Source of the DNA: Macrostomum lignano | Taxonomy: Eukaryota | Assembly: GCA_002269645.1 (NCBI GenBank) | Contig: NIVC01002104.1 | Span: 1-64,000, forward strand | DNA: 64,000 nt | Direction of reading: 5' to 3' | Shown here: piece by piece, positions 27,128 through 39,389 of the stretch | Layout of the letters: every line of letters starts with the position of its first letter | Position numbering within the stretch: the first letter of the stretch is position 1 | The notes under the pieces: model-generated | The model's input: only the letters and a program-made list of their open reading frames with translations | What the model was told of the DNA's origin: nothing | Database searches by the model: none | Position numbers and translations under genes: made by a program

Positions 27128-28106
27128 AGTATAAGTCTTCAGGCCCCAGGCTTCAGGCACGTACTGATCCCGCGGAAAGGCCGGGATAGGGCGATAGCTA
27201 CTTGAATAGGACGAAACGACGGCGCTTCGTCGACAGCTTGCTGGGTGATGCCCAGCAGCGCCCAAACTCTTGTTAAGCACTTAAACAGTAAGCCTTAAAA
27301 AAATAGTACTTTCAGCTCTTATAACCCTTTTAGATGTTTTAAGGTCTTATTCAGAGTGTTTAACGATTGTTTAACAATGTCTATTTTGGCGCAAATTTGA
27401 ATCTAACGAAGGAAGCCAAGAAATTTTTCCAAATACATGCCCTATTATATATTGGCCAAACAGGCTAATTGCCTGAGCCAAATTCTTACTACTACTGAAA
27501 CCTCAAGCCAGCACAATCATCATGGCTCTAGCCTCTTTGTGGCAAGGCAAATTAAGAGAAGGCCTAGACAAGAGTAAGGCAAAGCCCACATGAAAATATG
27601 TCTATTAGGCCTACTAATATTAATACTACTACTAGGCCTAACTATTACTATTACTTATATCCTTATTTATTGGGCAAATATTTATTTTCTGGACCTAATT
27701 AATAATGGCAGGTAATATTAATAAATTCAGGCAAACGCATAGCATATCGTATATATTATTTATTAGGCTAGGCCTAATTGTATTGTAGGGTAGGGCCCTG
27801 GCCTGGGTTTTTTTGCCAGAGACAAGGTGCGAAATCGCACCTTGTGCCAAATTTTAAGGTGCGATTTTAAGGCTCAGAGTGCAATTTCTCTTGAGTCTTA
27901 TTTCAGACAACTGGGAATGTATATTTTAATATCTTAGATAAGGCTATAGTATAGCCATAGGCTATATGGCATTCCTTCGGTTTACGATCATTTTTCCACC
28001 CACATTTCGGTTCACGATCCCCATGTAATTTTTCATATAAATGATCATAGCTTGCTTGAAATAAACAAAAATTGTTAAACTGAGCTTAGGCCTATTCGTT
28101 ACATTA

Positions 28107-29416
28107 CGAGGGTCACTCAGAAAGTTCTTAGCCTGAACACGAAAACAGCAACAAATGAACTAAAAAACGACTACAAGTGCTCAAAATACTCTCCACCGGC
28201 ATTGATACAGGCTTGCATCCTGTGAAACCAGCTGTCAAAGCACTGCCGCCAATCCTCATCCCGGAGCTCCTCGATGATGTTTTTGAACTCATTCACAGCT
28301 TCTTCCGGTGAAGAAAAGACCTGGCCCTTCAGAATCTCCTTGCACTTCGGAAACAGAAAAAAGTCGCACGGTGCCAGGTCTGGACTGTAAGCAGGGTGAG
28401 TCATCAGCTGGACCTCACAGTCAGCCAGAAACTCCAGAGTTTGAGCCGCCGTGTGCGCGCTGGCGTTGTCGTGGTGCAGCAGCACCCCGCGCATTCCGCA
28501 CCTTGGGCGCCTCTGGCTCACAGCAGAAAAGACTTTGGGCAGGCAAACCGTTGTGTACCAGTCAGCGGTGACTGTCTGGCGATCTTCAAGTGAAACGGAA
28601 GCCACATGCCCAGTGCGCATGAAGAAACAGGCCACCATCTGCTTGCCGACACTCCGGCTGCGTCGAAACTTGGTGGGGCTGTCCTCGTCTCCAAAGGTCC
28701 ACATGGCTGACTGGCGCTTGCTTTCGGGGTCGTATTGATAAATCCAGGTCTCATCGCCAGTGAGGATGTCCCAGATACGCCGGCTGGTCCCAGATTCGAA
28801 TTTCTGCAGCATGAATCGGCACCAAGCCACCCTGGTGTCCTTCTGCACGTCCGACAGCTGATGGGGGATCCACCGGGAAGCCAGCTTCCGCACTCCAAGG
28901 TGTTCGTGCAGAATGGCGTGCACACTCCCCGATCCAATACCGATCTCCTGCTGGATCTGCTGGTAGGTCACTCGCCGGTCAGCGGCAATCATGCTGGTCA
29001 CAGCGCAGATATTTTCTGGAGTCACTGCGTCACAGGGTCTCCCGGATCGATGTTCATCTTCGAGGCTTTCTCGACCTCGGCGAAACTCAGCGAACCAGTT
29101 TTTGACGGTTGCGTATGAAGGACATACATGAGTAAAAACGTTCTGTAAACTTTGATACGATTCGGCCGGCGACTTGCCTTGCTTGAAGTGCAAGTACATC
29201 ATTGCTCTGAAGTCGCGATTTTCCAGCTTCATTGTTGAATTGAAGAACTCAGGGGGTGAACTGACTTTAACTCGCTGCAGTGGACTCAAAAGTGGCTGCT
29301 TCTGTTTGAAATTTTTGTTGCAATACTTTTAAAAGTTGGTCTTTACCATAGACAAATTTCATGCTTCTACGTCTCGTGGATCCTACTCAGGCTAAAGACT
29401 TTCTGAGTGACCCTCG
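28107..29416 (-). mobile_element. Full-length mariner transposon, 1310 bp
   Basis: 30-bp TIRs CGAGGGTCACTCAGAAAGT(TC/CT)TTAGCCTGA (2 mismatches), flanked by TA at 28105-28106 and 29417-29418. Intact transposase ORF. Confidence 0.95.
28171..29232 (-). CDS. Mariner transposase, D,D34D, 353 aa from ATG 29232
   Basis: N-terminal HTH region, WIPHQL, TGDETW, HHDNASAH and YSPDLAPCDF, with 34 residues between the 2nd and 3rd Asp. No stops or frameshifts. Confidence 0.95.
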   Translation of the reverse strand: MKLENRDFRAMMYLHFKQGKSPAESYQSLQNVFTHVCPSYATVKNWFAEFRRGRESLEDEHRSGRPCDAVTPENICAVTSMIAADRRVTYQQIQQEIGIGSGSVHAILHEHLGVRKLASRWIPHQLSDVQKDTRVAWCRFMLQKFESGTSRRIWDILTGDETWIYQYDPESKRQSAMWTFGDEDSPTKFRRSRSVGKQMVACFFMRTGHVASVSLEDRQTVTADWYTTVCLPKVFSAVSQRRPRCGMRGVLLHHDNASAHTAAQTLEFLADCEVQLMTHPAYSPDLAPCDFFLFPKCKEILKGQVFSSPEEAVNEFKNIIEELRDEDWRQCFDSWFHRMQACINAGGEYFEHL

Positions 29417-29491
29417 TAGAAAGAACTGAACAGAATAGCCGACAAATGGTTTCTTCAATGGCATTGCGATGACGAGGATCCTATATATCCA

Positions 29492-30329
29492 CTTCGGTTC
29501 ACGATCATTTACATGTATTTCTTCAATTTAAATGATCGTAAACCGAAGCTAAGGGGGGTGTCGAAGACATATGTAGTCATATATTTATTTGTTGGCTTGT
29601 TGGCGATTGAAATGTCATCTTGAGTTAACGTGCGCTCCCAAGTAACTTGATGCTTTATTATTCTCTGCACGCTGCCACCCCCCCTCAGCTTCGGTTTACG
29701 ATCATTTACATGTATTTCTTCAATTTAAATGATCGTGAACCGAAGCTAAGGGGGGTGTCGAAGACATATGTAGTCATATATTTATTTGTTGGCTTGTTGG
29801 CAATTGAAATGTCATCTTGAGTTAACCTGCGCTCCCAAGTAACTTGATGCTTTATTATTCTCTGCATGCTGCCACCCCCCCCCCCTTAGCTTCGGTTTAC
29901 GATCATTTACATGTATTTCTTCAATTTAAATGATCGTGAACCGAAGCTAAGGGGGGGGGTGTCGAAGACATATGTAGTCATATATTTATCAAGGACTACT
30001 TAAGAACACAGGATGTTACACTTGCAAATATTGGCAGAATTCTAAAAGGCTGCTTTGAATGCATGTGTCTATGGTTTTAGTGGCCTTTTTGCTTAGTTAT
30101 TATTATTATTGCTTTATTATTCTCTGCACGCTGCCACCCCCCCCCTCAGCTTCGGTTTACGATCATTTACATGTATTTCTGCCATTTAAATGATCGTAAA
30201 CCGAAGTGGATATATAGGATCGTCTTCATGGAACAGTTCTGAGACGTGAAATGGTACACTAAAACCCCCTACCTTCGGTTCACGATCATTTACATGTATT
30301 TCTGCCATTTAAATGATTGTAAACCGAAG
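29492..30329. repeat. Five ~57-bp palindromic hairpins, partly within ~200-bp tandem units
   Basis: CTTCGGTT(T/C)ACGATCATTTA-17 nt-TAAATGATCGT(A/G)AACCGAAG starting at 29492, 29689, 29890, 30150 and 30273. Confidence 0.9.
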
Positions 30330-32489
30330 TGGATATATAGGATCCTCTGCATGGAACAGTTCTGAAATGAGTTCTATAACAAGCAACTCTTTCAATTTGA
30401 TGAATGTATGCGAATGAACAGATCTCTTTGCATCGTTTCATTCTGGTTGGCATTCAATCGTTTGACGACAGAAAAATAAAAAGGCTTGGAGTGATTTCAG
30501 TGCTGGTTTAAAAAATGATTAAAAAACACGAATTTCTTACTCTTGCATATCTTTCTTATAGGGATCGTCACCAATTTCAGGGATCGTAAACCGAAGGAAT
30601 GCCGGCTATATCGCCTATATGACTTAATAGGATTTAAAGAGTTATTTTGTTTCATATTTTAAGGCAGTGCATGAAAAATAGCTTAAGCATGGTTAAGCCT
30701 TTAAAGAAAAATGGTTATAAGACTGCACCTAAACCGCACCTACTTTTTTAATTTCAGGGTGCAGTTTTAAAATTCAAGGTGCATATGCACACTCTGTGCA
30801 CAAAAAAACCCTGGTAGGGCCTATTGCATACATAAAGATAAAATTGTATTGCACCCTTTGCCTTTGACTTTGGCTTGGTCTAGAACATTTGTAATGGCCT
30901 AGGCCAATGCCTAGGCTAAATAAATATTGCTAGGCCCCCCTATGCTAAAAAATTATCATTATCATCAAACATCCAAATATAGTTTCATAGACATAATCTA
31001 GTTTTATTTTTTGATACACAAAGTATACTTTGCAGCTATCTTTTTAATGTTTTAGGCTTAGTGCTTAGGCCCAGGGGGTTGACAGCTATTTTATCTGCTA
31101 TAAAAGTACAATTGTTGCCAGTTTGTCTAAACTACTTTTGTTTGCTAAAATACAATAAGTAATAATGATATAATATAGTCATTTTTTGCTATAAAATATT
31201 AAGTGACATTGTTATTGACATAAGGCCTAGTATTAATATGTTTATAATAATACAAGGCCAACTGTTCCTCTGGAGGAGAAAGGAGAAGAACTTCTATCAC
31301 CAGAATTCCATTCTCTGAAATTAATCAGCTGAATCCCATGACCCAAATCCCATCATCCAACTTTTCTTCAAATTCATCAAAATCCTCTCCATGAAACTAA
31401 ACACCATCAAAATCCTTTATGCAAAACAGAAATCCTCTCCATGAAACTGAAGAATATCAAAATCCTCTCCACAAAACTAGACTCAATCAAAATTTTCTCT
31501 GTCAAAAAGAATCAACTCTCAGGATTCATTTGTTAGGTTTAGGGTTAGGATTAAGGTTGGAGCTGCATAGAGCTGCATGTTAAAAGGGCCCAATAAAAAT
31601 TGAGCTAATTGAATCAATAGATTGAGCAATTTAATTCTCAGTCAGTCAGTATCAGTCTCAGTTAAAGTTTACAAAAAGATTGTGCAATCTAAATCAACCC
31701 TCTATTACATAACACCAACCCCCTTCCAATACGCAGTGGCAGATAGAAATTGAAACCCTGCCTAACTACTAGGAGGTTGGTTGAATGCCATTGAACCCCA
31801 AAATGAGTATAATCTGCAATAACATTAAAAGTATGGAAATTTTTTGTTGGATACTGTGCTTTTGGTTTTCATATTTTAAGTAAACAACTTATATCCTCAA
31901 ACTCAGTGTTGCAAGATCTTTTCACCAATATAAGTCTCTTTTCTCAAATTATATAAATAAAAGAGTAGTTAGTGTTTGAAATTTCCCTATTTTTATCATT
32001 TTAATATTGAGTGTATATGCTCTGCTTACTAAAGAGGCTCGAAAGTTGATGCATTGAATTTCAATGTCCAACAACTACACAGGGCTGCCTATTGAAAGGA
32101 AAAGTAAATAAATAGTAGCCATATCATTGCGCAATTATCTATACAGTCAGCTAGTGAGCCAGGGTCCAATTCATCAAATTAGCCTATTTGTTGCATACAA
32201 AAATTCTGCATTGATATATATAAGTCCTGCATTTGAGTTGCTAGCCATCTAGGAAGAGATATGCATTAAACCTGGTCGATTGCTTGATCAATCCACTCAG
32301 CTTTATATATAAGATAGACCTAGTGATAGGCTCTATGTCTATGATAAAATAAGATAACATTGTATCATGTTTTTGCCATTTGCTAAGCCATAGACCTCTG
32401 GATAATAGAAAACAAATTGCTTTAGCTACCCTTCCTTAGTGATTATAAGTCTAAGAATTTTAAAAGTAGCATTATCTAATTTGATCTAT

Positions 32490-32868
32490 ATAACTTTTAC
32501 CGACATATTTTTAGACACTTTGTCCAACACTTTTTTATGACACTTAAAATGTTGCAAAAAGTTTTAGAAAAATGTGTCGTAACAATTAACTTTGCCAACA
32601 TATCTTCTGACACTTTTTACAACACTTGAAATGTCATACATGTCTAAAAATGTGTCCGTAAAGGTTAATTAATTGTTATGACATTTTTGCTGACCTTTTG
32701 CTGATCTTTTAGCATTTTCTATAACATTTTAAATGTCATAAAAATGTCAAAAGATGTTTTGGCAAAAGTTAATTATTCTAACACTTTCTAATATTTTGCA
32801 ACATTTTATCTTTGAGTGTTGTAAAAAATATTAAAAGATGTGTTTGAATGTGTTGGCAAAAGTAATAT
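32490..32868. mobile_element. Possible AT-rich foldback/MITE remnant
   Basis: ATAACTTTTACCGACA ... TGTTGGCAAAAGTAAT imperfect inverted ends and a second internal inverted pair (~32584/~32759). No TSD identified. Confidence 0.35.
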
Positions 32869-33452
32869 AGGCCATTATCTGTAGTCTAGCTATTTATTAA
32901 GCTATTATAGCAAAATATAGCAATCAATAGGATTTTATGGACTAATATGATTAGCCCATATGGCCTTGGCCTATATATAGAACTTGGTAATGCAAAAGTG
33001 CTTCTCTAAAAATGCATTGAAACCAATTTTTCTATAAATAAATATGACTTATAGTAAATAGCAATGATTAATATTGTTAGCAATCAATTCCTTAGCTCAT
33101 AAAGCTGAGTTCTACCACTTTTGGTTGATACTAATAAACTGATACTAGACATTGGCATTGGCAATTGTAAACTGAAGGTAGCTAGCTACATTGCCTTAGT
33201 TGGTAATAGTAGAAAATAGTAAATTCAGGATAGTCTACTAAACAATGTTAGACAAAGCTAAACTTAGTCTTAGATAAGCCTTCTTAACTAGAGGCAAGAA
33301 AGGTGGCTTGGAAGTAATTTTATTTTTATTTTAGGAGGGATAATTTTTAATTCTAAATACCATACTAGTATGGATAATAAGATAAATGTGCCATATGCCT
33401 ATAGTCCTAGTAATCTATATATGAATTTTTTGTTAACTAGAATATATATATA

Positions 33453-34457
33453 TTGGATCAAACAGAAAGTTCTCACATTTTGTAGAGCCTTCCATGAAAC
33501 AAAGTTTTTTAAAACATGGAGGCACATCAATCCAAGATATAATTGTCATTATTATCAATCACTTTTTGTCAGCAAGTGATCATCAAAGCCATGTGTGGCC
33601 ACACATTGTCATTGGGGAATTGGATGGGGCCATGGTTAGGATGCTTGTATTTGATATTGCAGCCAGTCTGTCCAGTTGTTGATAGTAGACAGTTGCATTA
33701 ACACTCTGACCTAGGTTGAGCAGTCTCTAGTACAGCACACCTTGGCTGTCCCACCAGATGCACAGCAGGACCTTGTGGAGGTAGAGATCAGTCTGGCTGG
33801 GGCTAGGTGGTGCTACCTTTGTCAACCCATAATTGGTAGCGGCGCTTGTTGAAGAATAGACACCACTTCTCATCACTCGTAACAATTGACTTCAGCTAGG
33901 CTGTTGTGCATTGGTAGGACAGCAAAGTTGTTGAGGCACTGGATTGGCACTGGTAGTCAAAGGGAGTCAGATCGTGGGGTACCCATTGGTTGATCTTGTA
34001 TACCTTGCTGAGTGCATATAGATGATTGACGACTGCTTGGTGTGATACCCCCAGTTCTTCTGCTAAGTTATAGGCAGTTAGGTGATGATCATCCTATAGT
34101 AGCTGTAGGATGCAGTCGTCTTCAATGGTTGTGGGTCAACTGGATTGGGGCTGATCTTCAAGGCCCTCATCTCCAGATTGGAATCGTTTAAACCAATCTC
34201 GGGCCATGCATTCGGACACAGTCCCAGGGCCGAATGCATCACATAAGCGGCGACTCGATTCAGCAGCATTGAGATTGAGACCCACTGTAAAGTCGTAAAG
34301 AATACAGTCGGATTTGGGGCTTGGATAGAGACATGTAGCACAGTATTGTAGCACTGTAGCTGAAAATTGAGTTTGGGTTGCTATGCGTCAGTCAATGGAC
34401 TTTATATATCCTTGCACACAAAACCTGGAATCTTCCAGAAATTTCTGTTTAACCCAA
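33453..34457 (-). mobile_element. Decayed, internally deleted mariner element
   Basis: TA-flanked TIRs TTGG(A/G)T(C/T)AAACAGAAA. Fragments ILYDFTVG..AAESSRRLCDAFGPGTVSE..ARDWFKRFQSGDEGLEDQP, SDEKWCLF and HKVLLCIWWDSQGVLY, with stops and frameshifts. Confidence 0.85.
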
Positions 34458-34861
34458 TAGAACTTTACTTTTTAAAGTATATAAAAAATGATTTGTCTTA
34501 GCTCCCTAGAAAAAATATAGTCATTCAATAATTCCAATCTTATTGGAATAAGTTAACATTTGGTAGACATCATCTAGTATGCCTAGGAAAGTTGGTCTAG
34601 CTTATGTATATGCACATGCATGGATGTATATCTAAGATATAGAAATATCTGTGCATAGTGCTAGGGCAAAAGTGAATGTCACAAGCCTTGAGTGGGCTGA
34701 ATTGCTGTTGTGAAGTTTCAAAAGACCCGAGGGCGGGATAGAGTGGCTTTGCAGGCTTAAGTTTTTCGACTTGAAAATTTGCAAAACAAAAAGTGACGTA
34801 ACTCTACTAACAATTGATGCTTATAATAAACTAATCTAATAGCTCAAAATCATCATTGTGC

Positions 34862-37784
34862 ATGTTGGCAATTTCCAGTCGTCAAGGCCTACTAATTGGC
34901 CGATTTTTGTCTAGAAATGCGACAACTGCTCGCCACCTAGCTAGCGTGCCTAGTGCCAGTTTCAATGGCACCAATGGAAGCAGTCAGAGTCGAGGTCCTC
35001 AATGGGCTTCGAAAGTGGCACTTGTTAGCGGTGGATTCTTAGCTGGCTGCTGTCTGACAGTCTGGCAGTTGAGACGTCAGCGCAGCTTCAGCGAGGCTGC
35101 AGGCAGTGGCGTGGCTTTGGCTGCCAGCGCTAACAGGCCGACCCCGCCAACTAGCGTCAACCACATCGCCGATCTGGTGGAGCTGGTGTCTCCCACGGCA
35201 GTTAACATCCGGGTAGAGGGCAGCACGGCGCTGCACTCAATGCTTGGCATGCCCAGCTCGCAGGGCTCCGGGTTTATTATACGCGAGGATGGCCTTATTT
35301 TAACAAATGCTCACGTGGCTGGAAGGTTTAAGGTGAGAACGGAGTAACCTGCTGTTGCTTGTTGGTTACCTGTGAATCTGTTATTAAAAGTCTAGGTGAA
35401 ATCTCTGTGTATGGGACACTATTGGCGCCATCTCTGACACTACTGGCGCCATATTTGACACTATTGGCGCCATCTCTGATCTCTGACACTATTGGCGCCA
35501 TCTCTGACACACTATTGGCGCCATCTTCGACACACTACTGGCGCCAACTTTGACACATTACTGGCGCCTTCTTTGACACACTACTGGCGCCATCTCTGAG
35601 ATAATCGGCGCCATCTCTAACACACTATTGGCGCCATCTCTGGCACACTATTGGCGCCATCTCTGACACGCTATCGGCGCCATCTCTAATACACTGTCGG
35701 CGCCGCTATCTTTGACACACTATTGGCGCCATCTCTGACAAACTATCGGCGCCATCTTTAACATAATCGGAGCAATCTCTGAGACATATCGGCGCCATCT
35801 CTGATACACTATTGGCGCCATCTTCGACACACTATTGGCGCCATCTCTGACACTATTGTCGGCATATTTGACACTATTGGCGCCATCTCTGACACTATTG
35901 GCGCCATCTCTGACACATTATTGGCGCCATCTCTGACACATTATTGGCGCCATCTCTGACACATAATTGTTGCCATATCTGACACTATTAACGCCATCTT
36001 TGACACTATTGGCGCCATCTCTGACACACTACTGGTGCCTTCTTTGACACACTACTGGCGCCATCTCTGAGATAATCGGCGCCATCTCTAACACACTATT
36101 GGTGCCATCTCTGGCACACTATTGGCGCCATCTCTGACAAACTGTCGGCGCCATCTTTAAGATAATCGGAGCAATCTCTGACACGCGATTGGCGTCATCT
36201 CTGAGACAATCAGCGCCACTTTTATCTAATATATCGGTGATAATATCGGCGCTATTTTCTATCTTTCCAGATCTAGTACAGAAAGTCTAGTATTGTTACT
36301 ATAAAAAAGTACTTTATTACCATTATCAACGCAGGGCAGCCTGGTTGTCACCCTAACAGACGGTCGCGAGCTTCCCGCAGAGCTGATAGCCATAGACGCT
36401 GAGAGCGACATGGCTCTAGTGAAGGTGTCGGCTCGCGACCTTCCCGTGCTACCGTTGGGCCAGTCGAAGCGCTGCCGAGCTGGCGAATGGGTCATCGCGA
36501 TTGGCTCTCCGCTGACCCTCAGCAACACGGTCACGGTTGGTATTCTCAGCAATACAGCCAGAAATTTGGGCACCGGTAGCAATATTGAGTATCTGCAAAC
36601 TGATGCCGCCATCACGTTTGGCAATTCTGGCGGGCCATTGGTGGATATGCATGGCCAGGTGAGCCCGGTATTTTTATTATTGCCTGGCACACTATTAGAC
36701 CTGTTTAACACCTGTTAGACAGAAGCTATACCTGTTAGACAGAAGCTATACTTGTTAGACAGAAGCTATACTTGTTAGACAGAAGCTATACCTGTTAGAC
36801 AGAAGCTATACTTGTTAGACAGAAGCTATACTTGTTAGACAGAAGCTATACCTGTTAGACAGAAGCTATACCTGTTAGACAGAAGCTATACCTGTTAGAC
36901 AGAAGCTATACTTGTTAGACAGAAGCTATACTTGTTAGACAGAAGCTATACTTGTTAGACATAAGCTATACTTGTTAGACATAAGCTATACTTGTTAGAC
37001 AGAAGCTATACTTGTTAGACAGAAGCCTCACCTGTTAGACAGAAGCCTCACCTGTTATGCAGAAGCCTCGCCTGTTAGACGGAAGCTTTACCTGTTAGAC
37101 AGGAGCCTCACCTGTTAGACGGAAGCTTTACCTGTTAGACAGGAACCTCCCCTGTTAGACAGAAGCCTCACCTGTTACACAGAAGCCTCACCTGTTAGAC
37201 AGAAGTCTTATCTGTTAGGCAGAAGCCTCACCTGTTAGACAGAAGCCTTATCTGTTAGGCAGAAGCTTTACCTGTTAGACAAAACCCTCAACTGTTAGAC
37301 AGAAGCCTCACCTGTTAGACACAATTTCCACGCACTTTTACTGCAGGCGATCGGCATCAACACGCTGAAAGCGGACGCTGGCATCAGCTTCGCCATTCCC
37401 ATCGACGAGGCGAAGAATTTCGTAGACCAGGCCCTGTCCACCTCTCGCCAAGTGATCAGCCGGCCTAAGGCCTACCTGGGCCTCACGCTGCTGTCGCTCA
37501 ACCCCACCATCGCCAGGCGGGTCTTCGGTCGCGATGGCATTGACAAAGGCGTCCTGGTGCACTCGGTTCACCCGGACTCGCCAGCTCAGCGGGCCGGCCT
37601 GGCCAGTTATGACGTCATTCTGACTGCGGACGGCGAGTCGGTTCGTCGGGTGTCCGATCTGCACCGCGCTGTTGCCAAGGCAACGCAACGAGGCGGTGGT
37701 AAATCTGTGACTGTTCGATTGCTGGTGCTGCGGTCTGGGCGCGAGCTTCAGCTGGATGTGCAGCCAGAACTGCAGGGCGGATGA
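34862..37784 (+). CDS. HTRA2: Mitochondrial serine protease HtrA2/Omi-like, 3 exons
   Basis: Exons 34862-35332, 36335-36658 and 37347-37784, all phase 0. Arg/Ser-rich targeting peptide, TM segment, GSGFII, TNAHV (His), ESDMALVK (Asp), QTDAAITFGNSGGPLV (Ser), and C-terminal PDZ (YLGL...GVLVHSVHPDSPAQRAGL). Confidence 0.95.
35375..36230. repeat. ~22-24-bp degenerate minisatellite (HtrA2 intron 1)
   Basis: ACACTATTGGCGCCATCTCTG units. Confidence 0.92.
36703..37321. repeat. 20-bp minisatellite (HtrA2 intron 2)
   Basis: CCTGTTAGACAGAAGCTATA units. Confidence 0.95.
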
Positions 37785-38294
37785 GCGGCTGGTGGCTTTG
37801 GCCAGGTTTAAAGCCATTGAGGAAATATTGAGTATCCGCTTCTGCCTGTCTTTACTGTGTCTTTGTGCCTGTGTGTCTGCCTGTCTGTCTGCTCTGTCTG
37901 TCTGCTCTGTCTGTCTGCTCTGTCTGTTAGTTTTCCTGTTGCAAATCTTACTGAAAGTCTGCCATTGTTTCAGAAGATAAAGGATGCGAAAGAAGAGCTA
38001 GACAAGCTTATCCAGCGATTTAGTGTGTTAATATGGCTAGTAGACCTGCCGTCTTTGATGCTTAGTTGAATAAAATGCAAGTATTGACTCCCAGCATCGC
38101 CTATTATTAGTTAATAAATAATTGTAATTAATTTTTTTGCGCTCATAGTTTAATGTGTAGATATAATGAAAAGTTACTTGCTTAGAGACCGTGAGAGAAG
38201 ACACTGCATATTTCTAATGTATTCGTTTGAAATTTCAATTTCATTAAATAGTTCATACTTTTATTAGTCAATGCAAATCAGGGACTTATTAGCA

Positions 38295-38806
38295 AATCCC
38301 AGATCCTCATAATTCAGATATTCAAATCCCAGATCCCCATAATTCAGCTATTCAAATCCCAGATCTCATAATTTAGCTATTCAAATCCCAGATTCTCATA
38401 ATTCAGCTATTCAAATCCCACATCCCCATAATTCGGTCATTTAAATCCCAGATCCCCATAATTCAGCTATTGAATTCCCAGATCCTCATAATTTAGCTAT
38501 TCAAATCCCAGATCCTCATAATTTAGCTATTCAAATCCCAGATCCTCATAATTCAGCTATTGAAATCCCAGATCCTCATAATTTAGCTATTCAAATCCCA
38601 GATCCTCATAATTTAGCTATTCAAATCCCAGATTCTCATAATTCAGCTATTCAAATCCCAGATCCTCATAATTTAGCTATTCAAATCCCAGATCCCCATA
38701 ATTCAGCTATTTACGCTCGTAAGTCCCAGATCCTCATAACTCAGCTATTCAAATCCCAGATCCCACAATTCAGCCATTCAAATCCCAGATCCTCATAATT
38801 CAGCTG
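38295..38806. repeat. 30-bp minisatellite between HtrA2 and MESD
   Basis: TATTCAAATCCCAGATCCTCATAATTTAGC units ending just before the MESD acceptor. Confidence 0.95.
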
Positions 38807-38828
38807 AACTCCCAATTCCCCTTTCCAG

Positions 38829-39389
38829 GCGACTGCAGCTGTCCGGTCTCTGCTGCTCCTGTGCCTGCTGCTCCCAGCCAGCAGCTCGGCCGAGCAGAAG
38901 AAGCCGCTGTCCGAGTACTCTGACGCAGACTTGGAGCGACTCTACAAGCAGTGGGAAGAAAGCGATCCGGACTCGGAGCCCGAGAGCACCAGCTGGAAGA
39001 GCCCACAGTTGGATCTAACCAAGGTGCCGGATTTGACAGATCCCACACTAATCCTGCAGCACTCCAGCCGTGGCCAGCCGGTGCCTCTGATTGTCCGCAT
39101 CGCTGGAGCCGAGGGTCGCGACTCCGTATGGCTGGAGAATCTGTCGCGCAACTGGCAGCTGGAGATGTTCAACGCTCACATGGAGACGACTAGGCGAGTT
39201 GTAGAAGACGGCACGGTGCAACTGATCGCTCTTGATGGCTCTCAGGTGGTGAAAGTGCGCGAATATTTGCTAGCCCAGCCTAACTGTTATTCTGTCACTA
39301 TCGAGGGTCACACTGTACTCGGTAGGGGCGCTCCAGCTGCTGAAGTGGCCGCTGCCGCCGCTGCTAAGGCCAAGAAGACTGAACTATGA
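38829..39389 (+). CDS. MESD: LRP chaperone MESD/boca homolog (exon lacks an initiator Met)
   Basis: After acceptor CTTTCCAG (38821-38828): signal peptide ATAAVRSLLLLCLLLPASSSA, then KKPLSEYSDADLERLYKQWEE (MESD signature), WQLEMFNAH, and DGSQVVKVREYLLAQPNCYSVTIEG. C-terminal KTEL ER-retention-like motif. In-frame TGA at 38805-38807 just upstream. Confidence 0.9.
   Translation, partial: ATAAVRSLLLLCLLLPASSSAEQKKPLSEYSDADLERLYKQWEESDPDSEPESTSWKSPQLDLTKVPDLTDPTLILQHSSRGQPVPLIVRIAGAEGRDSVWLENLSRNWQLEMFNAHMETTRRVVEDGTVQLIALDGSQVVKVREYLLAQPNCYSVTIEGHTVLGRGAPAAEVAAAAAAKAKKTEL

Larger units (their letters stand above)
27968..30603. mobile_element. Non-autonomous TIR element with 8-bp TSD (Merlin-like by GG ends; superfamily uncertain)
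   Basis: Perfect 22-bp TIR GGCATTCCTTCGGTTTACGATC at 27968-27989 and 30582-30603. TSD GGCTATAT at 27960-27967 and 30604-30611. Confidence 0.85.
27798..30813. mobile_element. Non-autonomous hAT-like TIR element (outer layer of a nested insertion)
   Basis: Ends C(T/A)GGGTTTTTTTG ... CAAAAAAACCCTG. 8-bp TSD GTAGGGCC at 27790-27797 and 30814-30821; the left end carries a 5-bp CCTGG stutter. GCACCT/AGGTGC subterminal motifs at both ends. Confidence 0.6.

Noticed and set aside
30830-33440. Long AT-rich stretch
   Set aside because: No ORFs or RNA-gene signatures; ordinary intergenic DNA apart from a weak foldback remnant.
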